Origin: a virus
Taxonomy: Duplodnaviria; Caudoviricetes
Strand: one strand, 5' to 3'
IMG/VR virus record: IMGVR_UViG_3300017914_002346
Length of the DNA: 64,000 nucleotides
Shown here: positions 35,536 to 46,353 of the stretch, piece after piece
How positions within the stretch are numbered: the first letter of the stretch is position 1
Layout: every line of letters starts with the position of its first letter
The notes under the pieces: generated by a model
What the model saw: only the letters and a program-made list of their open reading frames with translations
The model's database searches: none
Told to the model about the DNA's origin: nothing
Position numbers and translations under genes: made by a program

Positions 35536-38073
35536 CTAGAGTTCATACTCTGCAGTTGGTGGTGTAAAGTTAGCAGTGTATCTTGCAAGACCTCTAGTAA
35601 ATCTTAAATCTTGTATGTATCCATGGAATTGATTGTTAGATAAATTATATCCGTTAGCACCTATGACAGGCGCGGCAACTCCATGATTATAACCATTTGT
35701 ATCTGAATACGTACCATCACTTACACCATCAGTATACAAAGTTGTTGTTCCATTATTTCTAACTAATGCAATATGATACCAAGTATCTACAGATAAGACA
35801 CTACCGGTAATTCTATTAGCTTGCTGAGCATATAATTTTATTCCAGCGCTAGAGTCATGAGTAATAGTTATATATGCACCGTTAGTGTTTCTAGGTCTAG
35901 TATCAAATATTGTCATACTATGATCAACTGCATTTAAGCGCATCCAAAATTCTATAGTAAAGTCATCTATTCCTCCTACACCAACTATACCTTTATTGTT
36001 ATTAGTATTAGTTTCATTTTCCCCAATAATATAATCACCATTTCCATCAAAATAAATTGCAGAAGACGTTGTAAATTTTCTTTCTGTAGTTGAAGCTATA
36101 ACATTACCAACAGTTCTAAAAGTGATACTACCGGTAGCATCATAGATATTAGTATCACTTTTATTGTTCATAATAAAAACAGTATTAGTATCAAAAGTAA
36201 CAGGTTCTGTAGGAACATCAATATAATCTCCTACTGTGTAAAGAGCTGTACCTTTAGTAATCTTTACATCAGCTATATAACCGTCAACATAGTTATTAAC
36301 ACCTCTATTAACTCCTATTTGTATATTGTCATCTGTAGAATAGTTTACTGTATCTGCAATATCACTTACCGCTCTAATACCATTGACCCACATTTGTGAC
36401 ACTGATGATTTTCTCTGTACTACAACATGATGCCATGCATCTCTTACGCCTAGTCCAGTAGTAGAATCTTGATTTCCTGTCCCTCTAGCATATCTAAATT
36501 TATCACTAGAGTAATAAATTTGCCACGTATTTCCTGATGAACCTGCATCAGTGGAGCTTATAAAAGGATCGTTGGCAGCACTAGGATTTGTTTCTGGTCT
36601 CCACCATAATTCAACAGTAAAGTCTCCAGTACCAAAATTGCCTATACCTGTGCCTGCAGCTGTTTTTACATAGTCTCCGTCACCATCCATGTATAAAGAA
36701 CCACCGTTAGTGCCCGGTATCCAAGGTTCATAATTATATGGCCCAAACGGGTATGTATTAGGAAAACTATTATTTGCTAGGGCAATTCTATTTGTTGATT
36801 TATCAATGTGACATGGTGCACCACATCCTAAAAATTGAGTATTAGTTATTGCTGTTAATGGTTCTGTTGGAGGGGTAAATGCACCAGTATATACAGCTGA
36901 GCCTATGACTACTCTTAAATCTCGTATGTAGCCTGTGTAGTATGCACCGTTACCTCCACCATTTCTAAAACCATAACCAATTCTCAATCTCGGGTTAGCA
37001 TCAGTATAACCACCACTAATAGCGAGACTTGATTGCTCGACCCCATCTACATATGATTTTAATGTACCTCCATTTCTTACAATGGCAATGTGATACCATG
37101 TTCTATTACTTACGGATGATACTAAAGTTTCCGCTGATTCTAAATTCCAAGTTGAATTATCTGATGATGAATAGAAAGTAAGGTTACCGCTAGCAACGTA
37201 AATTAGTAACGGACCTCTTAATACATCAGATGGAGCAAGTTCCAGTACAGTGCTTGTATTATACCAGTTTGTAGAGTATACCCAACACTCAACTGTCCAA
37301 TCATCGCTTCCAAACTTTAAGTTAGCATTATTATCTGTTTCTAATCTATCATCTGTACCATCAAACCATGTACTATAACCACCTGAACGATATGGTGATA
37401 AGGATGAAGATTGCGTTGAGCCGGCTCTTGTAAATAGTATCCCATCTGAATTTTCAGAATCTAGATAGACTAGGTCACCGTTGGCTATATTATTACCTGT
37501 AGCTCTCATTAACATAGTAGTGTAAGCAGAATTATCTATTATATTACTAAATGATAATGTGAATGATGAAACCGCATCTGTTTGATTAACACCATCTGAA
37601 GCTCTAAATGTAACACTACCCGTATTGGATGCTGATGGCACTCCGTTTTCACTGTCAGGTGTTACAGTAAAAATTCTACCATTATCAGAATCTTTTGTTA
37701 TTGTTGCAAAAGTGTCAAAATCACTATCTGTAATAGCGGTGAATGTTATTGGCAATCCTTCAGAATCAACTGCATTAATAGTAATAGTTGTAGCAGTACC
37801 ATCATTATTAAGTTCATATGAACCTGCAGGTGAAGTTGTGTAATAAGGTGAAGTGTTAATAAGAGCAATATTATACCAACCAGAACCTGACCATAGGTAT
37901 AATCTATTAGTTGCTGTTACGTAGCCTTGGTCTCCTTGGGTGTTACCGCTTACAGGTAGATCATCTGTACTTGACACCACAATCATTTCTGTTAGATCAG
38001 CAGTCACGTAATTTTTATTGATTGTATTATTATCGTTAATACTTCTAGATAAAGCTCTGGATTTACTTGTCAT
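35536..38073 (-). CDS. Putative fibre/receptor-binding protein with three LamG (ConA-like) domains
   Basis: Three (D/N)(F/W)T(V/I)E.W...W.H(I/V)..(V/Q)R...G(Y)I.D.R modules; N-terminal module shared with the two neighbouring genes. Confidence 0.75.
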   Translation of the reverse strand: MTSKSRALSRSINDNNTINKNYVTADLTEMIVVSSTDDLPVSGNTQGDQGYVTATNRLYLWSGSGWYNIALINTSPYYTTSPAGSYELNNDGTATTITINAVDSEGLPITFTAITDSDFDTFATITKDSDNGRIFTVTPDSENGVPSASNTGSVTFRASDGVNQTDAVSSFTLSFSNIIDNSAYTTMLMRATGNNIANGDLVYLDSENSDGILFTRAGSTQSSSLSPYRSGGYSTWFDGTDDRLETDNNANLKFGSDDWTVECWVYSTNWYNTSTVLELAPSDVLRGPLLIYVASGNLTFYSSSDNSTWNLESAETLVSSVSNRTWYHIAIVRNGGTLKSYVDGVEQSSLAISGGYTDANPRLRIGYGFRNGGGNGAYYTGYIRDLRVVIGSAVYTGAFTPPTEPLTAITNTQFLGCGAPCHIDKSTNRIALANNSFPNTYPFGPYNYEPWIPGTNGGSLYMDGDGDYVKTAAGTGIGNFGTGDFTVELWWRPETNPSAANDPFISSTDAGSSGNTWQIYYSSDKFRYARGTGNQDSTTGLGVRDAWHHVVVQRKSSVSQMWVNGIRAVSDIADTVNYSTDDNIQIGVNRGVNNYVDGYIADVKITKGTALYTVGDYIDVPTEPVTFDTNTVFIMNNKSDTNIYDATGSITFRTVGNVIASTTERKFTTSSAIYFDGNGDYIIGENETNTNNNKGIVGVGGIDDFTIEFWMRLNAVDHSMTIFDTRPRNTNGAYITITHDSSAGIKLYAQQANRITGSVLSVDTWYHIALVRNNGTTTLYTDGVSDGTYSDTNGYNHGVAAPVIGANGYNLSNNQFHGYIQDLRFTRGLARYTANFTPPTAEYEL

Positions 38074-40601
38074 AGTTCGAACTCTGCTGCTGGTGGTGTA
38101 AAGTTTTCAGTGTATCTTGCCAATCCATTAGTAATCATGAAATCTTGTATGTATCCATTTAAATCATATATATATGATCCACTTTTACCTAAAGCACCAA
38201 TATTTAAGTCGTCAGATGGAAACTGTACTGCAGACGAAGAGGTACCCATAGATGTTCCTGTGCCATTTATATAAGAACTAAAATCAGTTCCGTTTCTTAC
38301 TAAAGCAATATGATTCCACTGATCGTCAATTAAAGTAGTAGTTGTGTTTGTTACATTATTAAGTATATCCCAAGAACTACCGTTGCTTGTTGCTGCAGCA
38401 ACAAGCTGTCTTGATGCATTTACATATACCGCCAACCATTTGAATTCACTACCAGTATCATTTCTTTTTGCAAATAGTCCATTATTAGCAACATTAGCAC
38501 TCCAATCATCACTCCAAACCCACATTTCAATAGTAAAATCATTAGTTGCTAAATCCATTGCTTGCGAAGATGGAACATCTATTCTATCTCCAGTGCCATC
38601 AAAGTAAACCGCTGATGATGTAGTAAACTTTCTTTGTGTAGTAGATGATGTAGTATTTGCTTGTAATATAAATGTATTTGCTCCGGATGCATCATAAACA
38701 TTTACATCTGATTTGTTTTGCATTAACACTTCTGTATTTGTAATATGACTTAATGGTGCAGTTGGTGGAGTAAAATTCGCTGTATATACAACACTTCCTG
38801 GAGTGTATCTAAAGTCTGCAACGTAAGCTTTTAAATCATAATTATTAGTATTGTATGCACCTATACGGACTCTATTAGACGCTGCAGGTGTATATGTATG
38901 CGAACCGGCAAGTCTTCCATTTATATACCCTTTGGTTGTTGTACTGCTTCTTGTGACCGCAACATGATTCCAAGTATTAAGAGTAAGAGCTTCCTCTGTA
39001 AATGAAGCTTGTGCTTGCGCACCGTTATCGACTCTTATATTTGATCCTGATGCACCTCCGTACCAAATGTTTGTACCTTGTGTTGAACCACTATTAAAGT
39101 GCACTATTGTTTGTTGATCTGTAAGATTATCCCATGGTCTTACCCAAAATTCTACAGTATAATTTCCAACGACAGTAGTTAAATTACTAGCAGAAACAAT
39201 GCTTGTGTTATCGCCATCAAAGTAAACAGAACCAATATCACTATCTGCCCATGTAGAGAAATCATATGGGCCAAATGGATATGTAGCTGGTGTATTAGTA
39301 ACCGTAATACCAAACCCATTAGTAGAACCGTCTATAAAGTTTGGAGCATGACACACTAAAAGCTTGGTATTTGCTACTGGTACTAATGCTTCTGTTGGAG
39401 GTGTGAAGGCCGCGGTATATACTGCAGTTCCTACTGTATATCTTAAATCTCTAATATATCCATTATAGTAACGACCATAATATCCATCTCTACCAATTGT
39501 GTATGCACCGTTAATGTCAGCACAAGTTGCTGATGAAGTACCAGTTCCTCTACTTACTCCATCAACATAGATAGTAAATGCACTACTATTTCTAACAAGA
39601 GCAATATGATGCCATTGACCATCACAAACATCAACTCCAGAAGTATTGACTAAAGGAGTTGATGTGCTATAATTTGCAAAGTAAAATGCAACGTCACCTG
39701 CAGAAGCACTTGCTCTGTTGAGCATCAATGTCCACATTCCAGAAGCAAAAGAATTAGGAGTTCTTGCTATTAAAGTATCATATCTATCTTCGTTTGTGGT
39801 ATTAATCCACATTTCAATGGTGAAATTACTGTTACCTAATTCAAATGCTGAGTTATCACCAACAGAGAGATAACCCGAGCCATCAAAGTAAGTACTGTAT
39901 CCTCCAGCTCGATAAGGTGTAAATGTGGATGCTTCTGGACCACCACCTTCTGTAAATCCTGTAGACACATCAGATGAGTTCTGGTAAGTGATAGCATAAT
40001 TAGTTGCACTATTACCTGCTGCTTTCATTAGTAATACAGTTTCAGCTGAGTTATCCACTATGTTACTAATTGCAAACGCTACTGTAAAGGTAGCTTCTGT
40101 CACTGCAATATTAACTCCGTCTGAAGCTTTGAATACAACTTCTCCGCTGCCACTGGTTTCATTAACAATAGCGTCACTATCAGTTTTGATAATAAATGTT
40201 CTTCCATTATCACTATCTTTAGTTATAGATGCAATGTTTGTAAAATCTGAATCAGGAACAGCTGTATAGGTTAAAGGTACATCGTCACTATCAATTGCGT
40301 AAACTGTTATTCTTATTTCAGAATCAGCTACTTGAAGTAAAGTATAATCACTATCAGGAGCTGTAACCCAGTGAGGACTAAAAGTGTTTATAAGCGCTAT
40401 CTTATACCAACCAGAACCAGACCAGTTGTAAAGCAAGTCTGTACCAGTAACGTAAGCCTTATCTCCAGTAGAGTTACCTGTTGTAGGTAAATCATCTGTT
40501 GAGTTATAAACAGTAACTGAAGGACCTATATTGATAAACGTACCCTTAATAGCCGTTTTATTTGCATCCATTAATCTTGAAATTACTCTTGCTTTTGTCA
40601 T
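38070..40601 (-). CDS. Putative fibre/receptor-binding protein with three LamG domains
   Basis: Full-length paralog of 35536-38073 with the same architecture and ending (ARYT.NFTPP.AE.EL). Confidence 0.75.
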   Translation of the reverse strand: MTKARVISRLMDANKTAIKGTFINIGPSVTVYNSTDDLPTTGNSTGDKAYVTGTDLLYNWSGSGWYKIALINTFSPHWVTAPDSDYTLLQVADSEIRITVYAIDSDDVPLTYTAVPDSDFTNIASITKDSDNGRTFIIKTDSDAIVNETSGSGEVVFKASDGVNIAVTEATFTVAFAISNIVDNSAETVLLMKAAGNSATNYAITYQNSSDVSTGFTEGGGPEASTFTPYRAGGYSTYFDGSGYLSVGDNSAFELGNSNFTIEMWINTTNEDRYDTLIARTPNSFASGMWTLMLNRASASAGDVAFYFANYSTSTPLVNTSGVDVCDGQWHHIALVRNSSAFTIYVDGVSRGTGTSSATCADINGAYTIGRDGYYGRYYNGYIRDLRYTVGTAVYTAAFTPPTEALVPVANTKLLVCHAPNFIDGSTNGFGITVTNTPATYPFGPYDFSTWADSDIGSVYFDGDNTSIVSASNLTTVVGNYTVEFWVRPWDNLTDQQTIVHFNSGSTQGTNIWYGGASGSNIRVDNGAQAQASFTEEALTLNTWNHVAVTRSSTTTKGYINGRLAGSHTYTPAASNRVRIGAYNTNNYDLKAYVADFRYTPGSVVYTANFTPPTAPLSHITNTEVLMQNKSDVNVYDASGANTFILQANTTSSTTQRKFTTSSAVYFDGTGDRIDVPSSQAMDLATNDFTIEMWVWSDDWSANVANNGLFAKRNDTGSEFKWLAVYVNASRQLVAAATSNGSSWDILNNVTNTTTTLIDDQWNHIALVRNGTDFSSYINGTGTSMGTSSSAVQFPSDDLNIGALGKSGSYIYDLNGYIQDFMITNGLARYTENFTPPAAEFEL

Positions 40602-40603
40602 AA

Positions 40604-41749
40604 TTATTTAAACCATATTGCGTGTACACCTGAAATACCATTTGCTTCGTGTATTCTAAAGAACGGCGCTGATCCTGAATAAGAATCACTGTATGAATAA
40701 GTCATAGTAGTCTCTGCTGATTCCATACTTGAAGGCGTTCCAAGGGAACCTTGAATTTGCACATATCCCCCTGAAGCATTAAGTGTGGTTGCACCTGGTC
40801 CGGCTACTACTTTAATTTCAGAAACACCGCTAATGTCTATATTATTTGCATCTGTATCTGGAGACCAATCAATAGTTGCGGTATCGCTTGAACCATTAAA
40901 AAATGCAAAATATCCGTCTTTAGGTACATAACTTCCAAAAGCACCACTAGTGGTACCGTCATGATAATGATCAACGCCGCTTAATGAAAACCCGTTACTA
41001 GCAGCATTTGTAATAATATATGAATTTTTAATTAGGGATTGTTTCCATGCTGGGTATGTGCTTGCTGGTGATAAGGAACCGCCTGTACCAAAAGATGCAT
41101 AAAGAGCATGACTTCCATCGAAGTAGACTGACTTTGTAACTCCGCCCATCGAAATAGAATATATACCAGCAGGTTCACCGGCATCTACAAGATCTTGTAC
41201 AGATCTTTCAACAATATATGTTACAGTAGAAGTTTTATTTAAAATGTTAATGCCATCAGTTACGCTAAACACCACCTGTCCTGTTTGACCATCTTCACTA
41301 TCAAATACATCTTTTAAAGACACGGTGAATGTTCTACCATTATCTGAATCTTTTGTAACTGTAGCAAACTGATTAAAATCAGAATCAGTTGTTGTGGTAT
41401 AAGTTAAAATAGTAGTACCATCTGAATCAGCTGCTTCAATTACAATTACTATTTCAGAATCTAAATTATTATCACCTTTATCAAAAACATAATCACTATC
41501 TGGTTCTGTTACCCAGTAAGGAGTTTGGTTTATTAAAGCTATTGTATACCACCCAGCCCCTGACCACAAATAAAGTCTATTAGTGTTAGAAACATATGCT
41601 TGATCACCTGCATCATTTCCTGATACTGGTAAGTCATCTACAGTCGCGTATACGGTAGTCTCTACTTGATCTGGTTGTAGAGCTTCTTTAATTTCATTAT
41701 TTTCATTTAATAGAGAAGCTATTGCTCTTCCTCTAGAACTAAATGACAT
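40604..41749 (-). CDS. Putative fibre/receptor-binding protein with shared N-terminal module and different tip domain
   Basis: DDLPVSGN..GDQAYV..TNRLYLWSG.GWY.IALIN and TKDSDNGRTF shared with the two LamG proteins; start 41749 or 41755. Confidence 0.65.
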   Translation of the reverse strand: MSFSSRGRAIASLLNENNEIKEALQPDQVETTVYATVDDLPVSGNDAGDQAYVSNTNRLYLWSGAGWYTIALINQTPYWVTEPDSDYVFDKGDNNLDSEIVIVIEAADSDGTTILTYTTTTDSDFNQFATVTKDSDNGRTFTVSLKDVFDSEDGQTGQVVFSVTDGINILNKTSTVTYIVERSVQDLVDAGEPAGIYSISMGGVTKSVYFDGSHALYASFGTGGSLSPASTYPAWKQSLIKNSYIITNAASNGFSLSGVDHYHDGTTSGAFGSYVPKDGYFAFFNGSSDTATIDWSPDTDANNIDISGVSEIKVVAGPGATTLNASGGYVQIQGSLGTPSSMESAETTMTYSYSDSYSGSAPFFRIHEANGISGVHAIWFK

Positions 41750-44700
41750 TACCAACTAACCTCTACTGCTGATCTAATCCAAGTATCTGTTGCAACACAT
41801 ACATATAAATAATCACTATCATGTACAACTTGACCCTTAGTTCCTGTTGATGTGGGTGTAAGATCTGAACCTTCAACTAATGTCAGTGCATCTTGAGGTC
41901 TCTGAACTGTACCCATATATTTAATTACAGATAATACATCATCACTATCAGCGCCTGTTACAAGATTAACAGAAGTACCATTTGTAGCTGTATAGTCAAG
42001 AGCGTCTTTCAGTAGAATACCGTTAATATAAACTTGTACTTTACCTGCGGTATAGTTTAAGTAATTGCTGTTATCATCATTACCAGAAAAGACTGTCTGG
42101 CTTGCAGTAGCAGTAAAGTCGTATCTTTCAATATCTAGATTTTCTTTTATTCCGGAATAAGAATAAACCGATACTACATCTTCACTATCAGTGGCTACAC
42201 TTAATGTAACAGATGTGCCATTGTTAGCTGTAAAGTCTTCTGTAGGTTGAAGTAATACACCGTTAACGTAAACTTGTACAAACCCTGCTGTGTAGCTTAA
42301 AATATTACCACTAATATCAGAATCAGATAATATAGTTGTTCCTGGAGACGGCTCGTAGATGTATTCATTTAAGAATGTATCAGTTGTGTTTTCACTAATA
42401 ATTGTAACAACTTGATCTGAATCAAAACCAGCATTTACACCTTCAACTGATAATACAAAATCCGAATCAACACTAGTAGCATTTTCGTTTACAATAGCAA
42501 CTACTTGATCTGAGTCAAATCCGATCTGTGTATTACCAAGATACTTAATTACAGAAAGTCTATCATCACTATCAGCACCTGTATCTAGTCTAATAGTTAC
42601 ACCATCACTATCATAATAATCATCATTCTGAAGTAATAAAATACCGTTAAGATATACTTGAACCTTACCTGTAGAGTATCTTAAAGTGGTGCCATTGAGA
42701 TCTGCACCGCTAAACGAAGTTTGATCTTGTGTAGCTTTAAACTCGAATCTATCTATAGTTAATACATCAGACTGTACACCTAAGTATCCTACAACAGATA
42801 ATACATCATCTGAGTCAGGAGCTGTATCTAATGTAATAGTAGAACCATCAGTTGCTGTATAGTCAGTACCATCAGTTAACAATACTCCGTTTAAGAAAAC
42901 TTGTACTTTATTAACAGCATATGATAAAGTATTACCATTATCATCTGCACCTGTAAAGTCAGAGTCTAAACTACCAGTAGCTGTAAAGGTAAACACATTA
43001 ACTGCAATTGCTTGTTCACCAGGATTTTCTTGAATAATAGCTACTACCTGATCACTATCAAAACCGGCACCTCCTCCACCTGAAGGATTTTCATTAATGA
43101 TAGCTACAATTTGATCAGAATCGAAACCAGCGCCGCCACCTTGGCCTCCAGAGTTAGCACTGTCAGAATCTTGTTCTGTTCTCAATTGATTTACTGTTTC
43201 TTGAAGAGCCTGAATCTTTAAACTATCAGAGTCTACATCATTACGTAAATCTGCTATTGCTTTAAGATCAGAGTCTGTAATACCTGAACCAGCATTTTCT
43301 AATATCATAGAAGCAATTTGTTCAGAATCAAAACCTTTTTTACTTACTAAGATATTACCAACCATAGATCCATGATTAGTACACTGATAAACTAACTTAT
43401 CTGGAGCATCCATAGGTACTGTAAATACAACTCTACCGACGGCTGCTGCGTTATTTGTCACACCGTCACTATACGCACTACCACCATTTGATAATCTAAT
43501 TTCGAAAGGATGACCAGATGCGTTTACATTAAAATGATAAGTATGACCTCTCTGCAAATATAAGGTAGGATTATCAGATGAAGAAGGAAAACCATCTCCG
43601 GTAAATGAGTAAGCTGATGCTCCGTTATTACCCACTGTAAATTGAGTGTCTGTAACTCTAGCTACACTCTCACTATCTAGATGAGTTACATTTTGTAAAG
43701 TATCTACATCACCTCTTAATGTCTGTATAACTAAACTATCTGAGTCAACATCATCTCTTAATCTAGCCATTACAGTAAGATCAGAGTCAACTAATACATT
43801 AAGAGCTTCTATTTCAGTAGCAATAGCTTGAATTCTTGTTGAGTCAGAATCAGCATCTCTACGTAGCGCAGCAATCGCAACAGTATCAGAGTCTGCAGAT
43901 ATAGCATCTACCCAATCAAAACCATTTGTAGAATCATTCCATCTTAAATATTGCCCATCATTTGCATCAGCTGTATCTAAAGTAAGACCTGAAATAACAA
44001 GTCTAGTAATTTCAGAATCACCTAATGAGATTAAGTTCGAACTATCACTATCAGGTACAAAGGCTTTTCTACCTATAGCAACAATATTGCTACCATGTAC
44101 TGTTCCTTTATTTTGGAAATCAGCAGCATCTTTACCAATTAAGACATTTTCGTTACCTTTAAAGTTTAACCCTTGACCAACTCTAGCTTGTCCTACATCT
44201 CTACCTATAAGAACATTATCTGTATTAGTTGCAATACCTCTACCAGCTTGTCTACCAAGAGCAATATTATCTGTACCGGTAGCTGTAGGCCAACCCAAAC
44301 CAACACCAGGTGCCATCGCATTCTGACCTATTGCAATATTATCAGATCCGTTTACGTTATCACCAGTACTTTCACCAATAAAAGTGTTTCTTGTTCCTGA
44401 AGTAGAAGAAGTACCTGCACTTGCGCCAATATGAATATTACTTGTACCAGTTAAACCTGCTCCACTTTTACCAGCAGTCGCTCTACCAATACCAATATTA
44501 CTACTACCAGATATTCCTTCACCAGCTTCAGCACCTATTAAAATACTGTAGTTGTTGTTATTCATAGAGTGATTATTAGCAGCATCATAACCTATCTTTA
44601 CAGCTTGATTTGTTAATGGTCCTGCATTAATCTTACTATTAATAGTTGCTATTTCAGAGTCATGATCAGCAATATCAGAGTCTACATCTCTTCTAAGCTC

Positions 44701-46293
44701 ACTTATCTCTCCTGATTCAGAATCTAGATCAGATCTTAATGATTCAATATCAGAAGTGTTAGACTGAATTACTGTACTGTCAGAATCTACATCTGATCTT
44801 AATACATCTATATCACCTTGTAGAGATTGTATTACTGTTGAATCTGAATCAACATCTCTTCGTAATGCTGCTACTGCTGCAACATCTGAATCGACAGAAC
44901 CTGAAACTACATTTTCGTTAATAATAGCAACAACTTGATCACTATCAAAACCCGCCTGTACAGTTCCTAAGAATTTAACAACAGATAATATATCATCAGA
45001 GTCAGGAGCGCTTATTAAAGATATACTAGAACCATCTGTAGCTGTGTAGTCTGTATCTTCTGTTAATAGAATTCCGTTAAGATATACTTGAATCTTACCT
45101 GTGGTGTAGGATAGTGTAGAACCGTTATCATCAGTACCGCTAAATTCTGAATCGTTGTTAGGTGCTGTAAAAGTAAATACTGTAGTTTCAATTGTTTGTG
45201 AACCTGGATTCTCTCCAATTATAGCTACAATCTGATCACTATCAAAACCAGTATCATCAGTTGCGCTTTCTAATGTATTAATTCTAGTATTGAAAGCTGC
45301 AAAATCAGAATCTAGATCAGTTCTTATAGATGCTATTACAGATAAGTCTGAGTCAAGACCACTGTTTAGATCATCTACTATTAGTTGAATTGCTTGAATC
45401 TTAATACTATCAGAGTCAATATCATTTCTTAAATCTGCTACTACTTGTAAATCAGAATCAGTTAAACCTGTGGTGTTATTGTTAATTATATCGATAACGT
45501 TATCACTATCAAGAATAGTGTTTACTACTTGACCGTTAATAGTTGTCTGACCACTAATAATAAAGTTACCTTGATTCTTAGCAGTTCTAAGAGTCATATC
45601 ACTATCATCATAACCAGAGTCAACACTTAACTGTTCACTGTTATCAGAATCAATAACTGTAACGTTATCAAGTAGGTCACTAGATCTAGGAATAATTTCT
45701 AAATCAACAGTAACGTTACCATAAATTGTAGCTAAAGTTCTAAATGCAAACACAAACTCTGCTGGGCTTGTCTGCTTAGTCCATAATTGTGGTACTATAT
45801 ATTTTCCGTTATTATATTCTTCATCATAGAAAATAGACCAAGTTAAATTAGGAAGAGTGACAGATCTTAACGCTGCACTAAAATAAACAGTGTGTACTTC
45901 TGATGCGTTTTGAGCTGTCATTCTACCTGAAACTTGATAATTTTGAGAATTACCGTCTGGAACAATTACAGCTACTTTTTGATAGTCACCGTTTTCGAAA
46001 TAAGTACCATGATTACCACCATAGTAAACTTGGTTAAATTTCATCATATTAGAATTGTTAAATCTAATTTGAGTGAAGTAAGGGCTGTCAGAATCGACAC
46101 CGAAGATTGGACCGTTTAAAGTAGCAGTGTTTAAAGTAACATTATCTAGAGAACTACCTTCAATAGTACTTAATACTTCATCACTATCTAATACTCTAGA
46201 TACAGTATTACCACCAAGAGTTAAATCACCCTCGATGGTTACGTTTTCAGACACGGTTAGTCCGTGTCTTACTTTAAAATCTTTCGATGCCAT
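41749..46293 (-). CDS. Long modular fibre protein (coiled coils, YadA-head-like repeats, cupredoxin-like domain, five V.LNG...DY repeats)
   Basis: N(I/T)xIGxxA repeats, GHPF...CTNHGSM, five QV(Y/F).NG.LL...DY modules, C-terminal YLYVCVATDTWIRS; about 36 DSD. Confidence 0.75.
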   Translation of the reverse strand: MASKDFKVRHGLTVSENVTIEGDLTLGGNTVSRVLDSDEVLSTIEGSSLDNVTLNTATLNGPIFGVDSDSPYFTQIRFNNSNMMKFNQVYYGGNHGTYFENGDYQKVAVIVPDGNSQNYQVSGRMTAQNASEVHTVYFSAALRSVTLPNLTWSIFYDEEYNNGKYIVPQLWTKQTSPAEFVFAFRTLATIYGNVTVDLEIIPRSSDLLDNVTVIDSDNSEQLSVDSGYDDSDMTLRTAKNQGNFIISGQTTINGQVVNTILDSDNVIDIINNNTTGLTDSDLQVVADLRNDIDSDSIKIQAIQLIVDDLNSGLDSDLSVIASIRTDLDSDFAAFNTRINTLESATDDTGFDSDQIVAIIGENPGSQTIETTVFTFTAPNNDSEFSGTDDNGSTLSYTTGKIQVYLNGILLTEDTDYTATDGSSISLISAPDSDDILSVVKFLGTVQAGFDSDQVVAIINENVVSGSVDSDVAAVAALRRDVDSDSTVIQSLQGDIDVLRSDVDSDSTVIQSNTSDIESLRSDLDSESGEISELRRDVDSDIADHDSEIATINSKINAGPLTNQAVKIGYDAANNHSMNNNNYSILIGAEAGEGISGSSNIGIGRATAGKSGAGLTGTSNIHIGASAGTSSTSGTRNTFIGESTGDNVNGSDNIAIGQNAMAPGVGLGWPTATGTDNIALGRQAGRGIATNTDNVLIGRDVGQARVGQGLNFKGNENVLIGKDAADFQNKGTVHGSNIVAIGRKAFVPDSDSSNLISLGDSEITRLVISGLTLDTADANDGQYLRWNDSTNGFDWVDAISADSDTVAIAALRRDADSDSTRIQAIATEIEALNVLVDSDLTVMARLRDDVDSDSLVIQTLRGDVDTLQNVTHLDSESVARVTDTQFTVGNNGASAYSFTGDGFPSSSDNPTLYLQRGHTYHFNVNASGHPFEIRLSNGGSAYSDGVTNNAAAVGRVVFTVPMDAPDKLVYQCTNHGSMVGNILVSKKGFDSEQIASMILENAGSGITDSDLKAIADLRNDVDSDSLKIQALQETVNQLRTEQDSDSANSGGQGGGAGFDSDQIVAIINENPSGGGGAGFDSDQVVAIIQENPGEQAIAVNVFTFTATGSLDSDFTGADDNGNTLSYAVNKVQVFLNGVLLTDGTDYTATDGSTITLDTAPDSDDVLSVVGYLGVQSDVLTIDRFEFKATQDQTSFSGADLNGTTLRYSTGKVQVYLNGILLLQNDDYYDSDGVTIRLDTGADSDDRLSVIKYLGNTQIGFDSDQVVAIVNENATSVDSDFVLSVEGVNAGFDSDQVVTIISENTTDTFLNEYIYEPSPGTTILSDSDISGNILSYTAGFVQVYVNGVLLQPTEDFTANNGTSVTLSVATDSEDVVSVYSYSGIKENLDIERYDFTATASQTVFSGNDDNSNYLNYTAGKVQVYINGILLKDALDYTATNGTSVNLVTGADSDDVLSVIKYMGTVQRPQDALTLVEGSDLTPTSTGTKGQVVHDSDYLYVCVATDTWIRSAVEVSW

Positions 46294-46322
46294 CTAGTTC
46301 ACTTTCCCTGTTTGGCGGATGT

Positions 46323-46345
46323 AGGGAGGAGATTAACTCCTCCCT
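46323..46345. other. Intergenic hairpin
   Basis: AGGGAGGAG-ATTAA-CTCCTCCCT perfect 9-bp stem; T-rich tail only on the plus strand. Confidence 0.6.
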
Positions 46346-46353
46346 TTAATTAT

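Noticed and set aside
35536-40601. Diversity-generating retroelement template/variable repeat pair (similar 3' ends of the two LamG genes)
   Set aside because: No reverse transcriptase in the window; the similarity is explained by full-length paralogy
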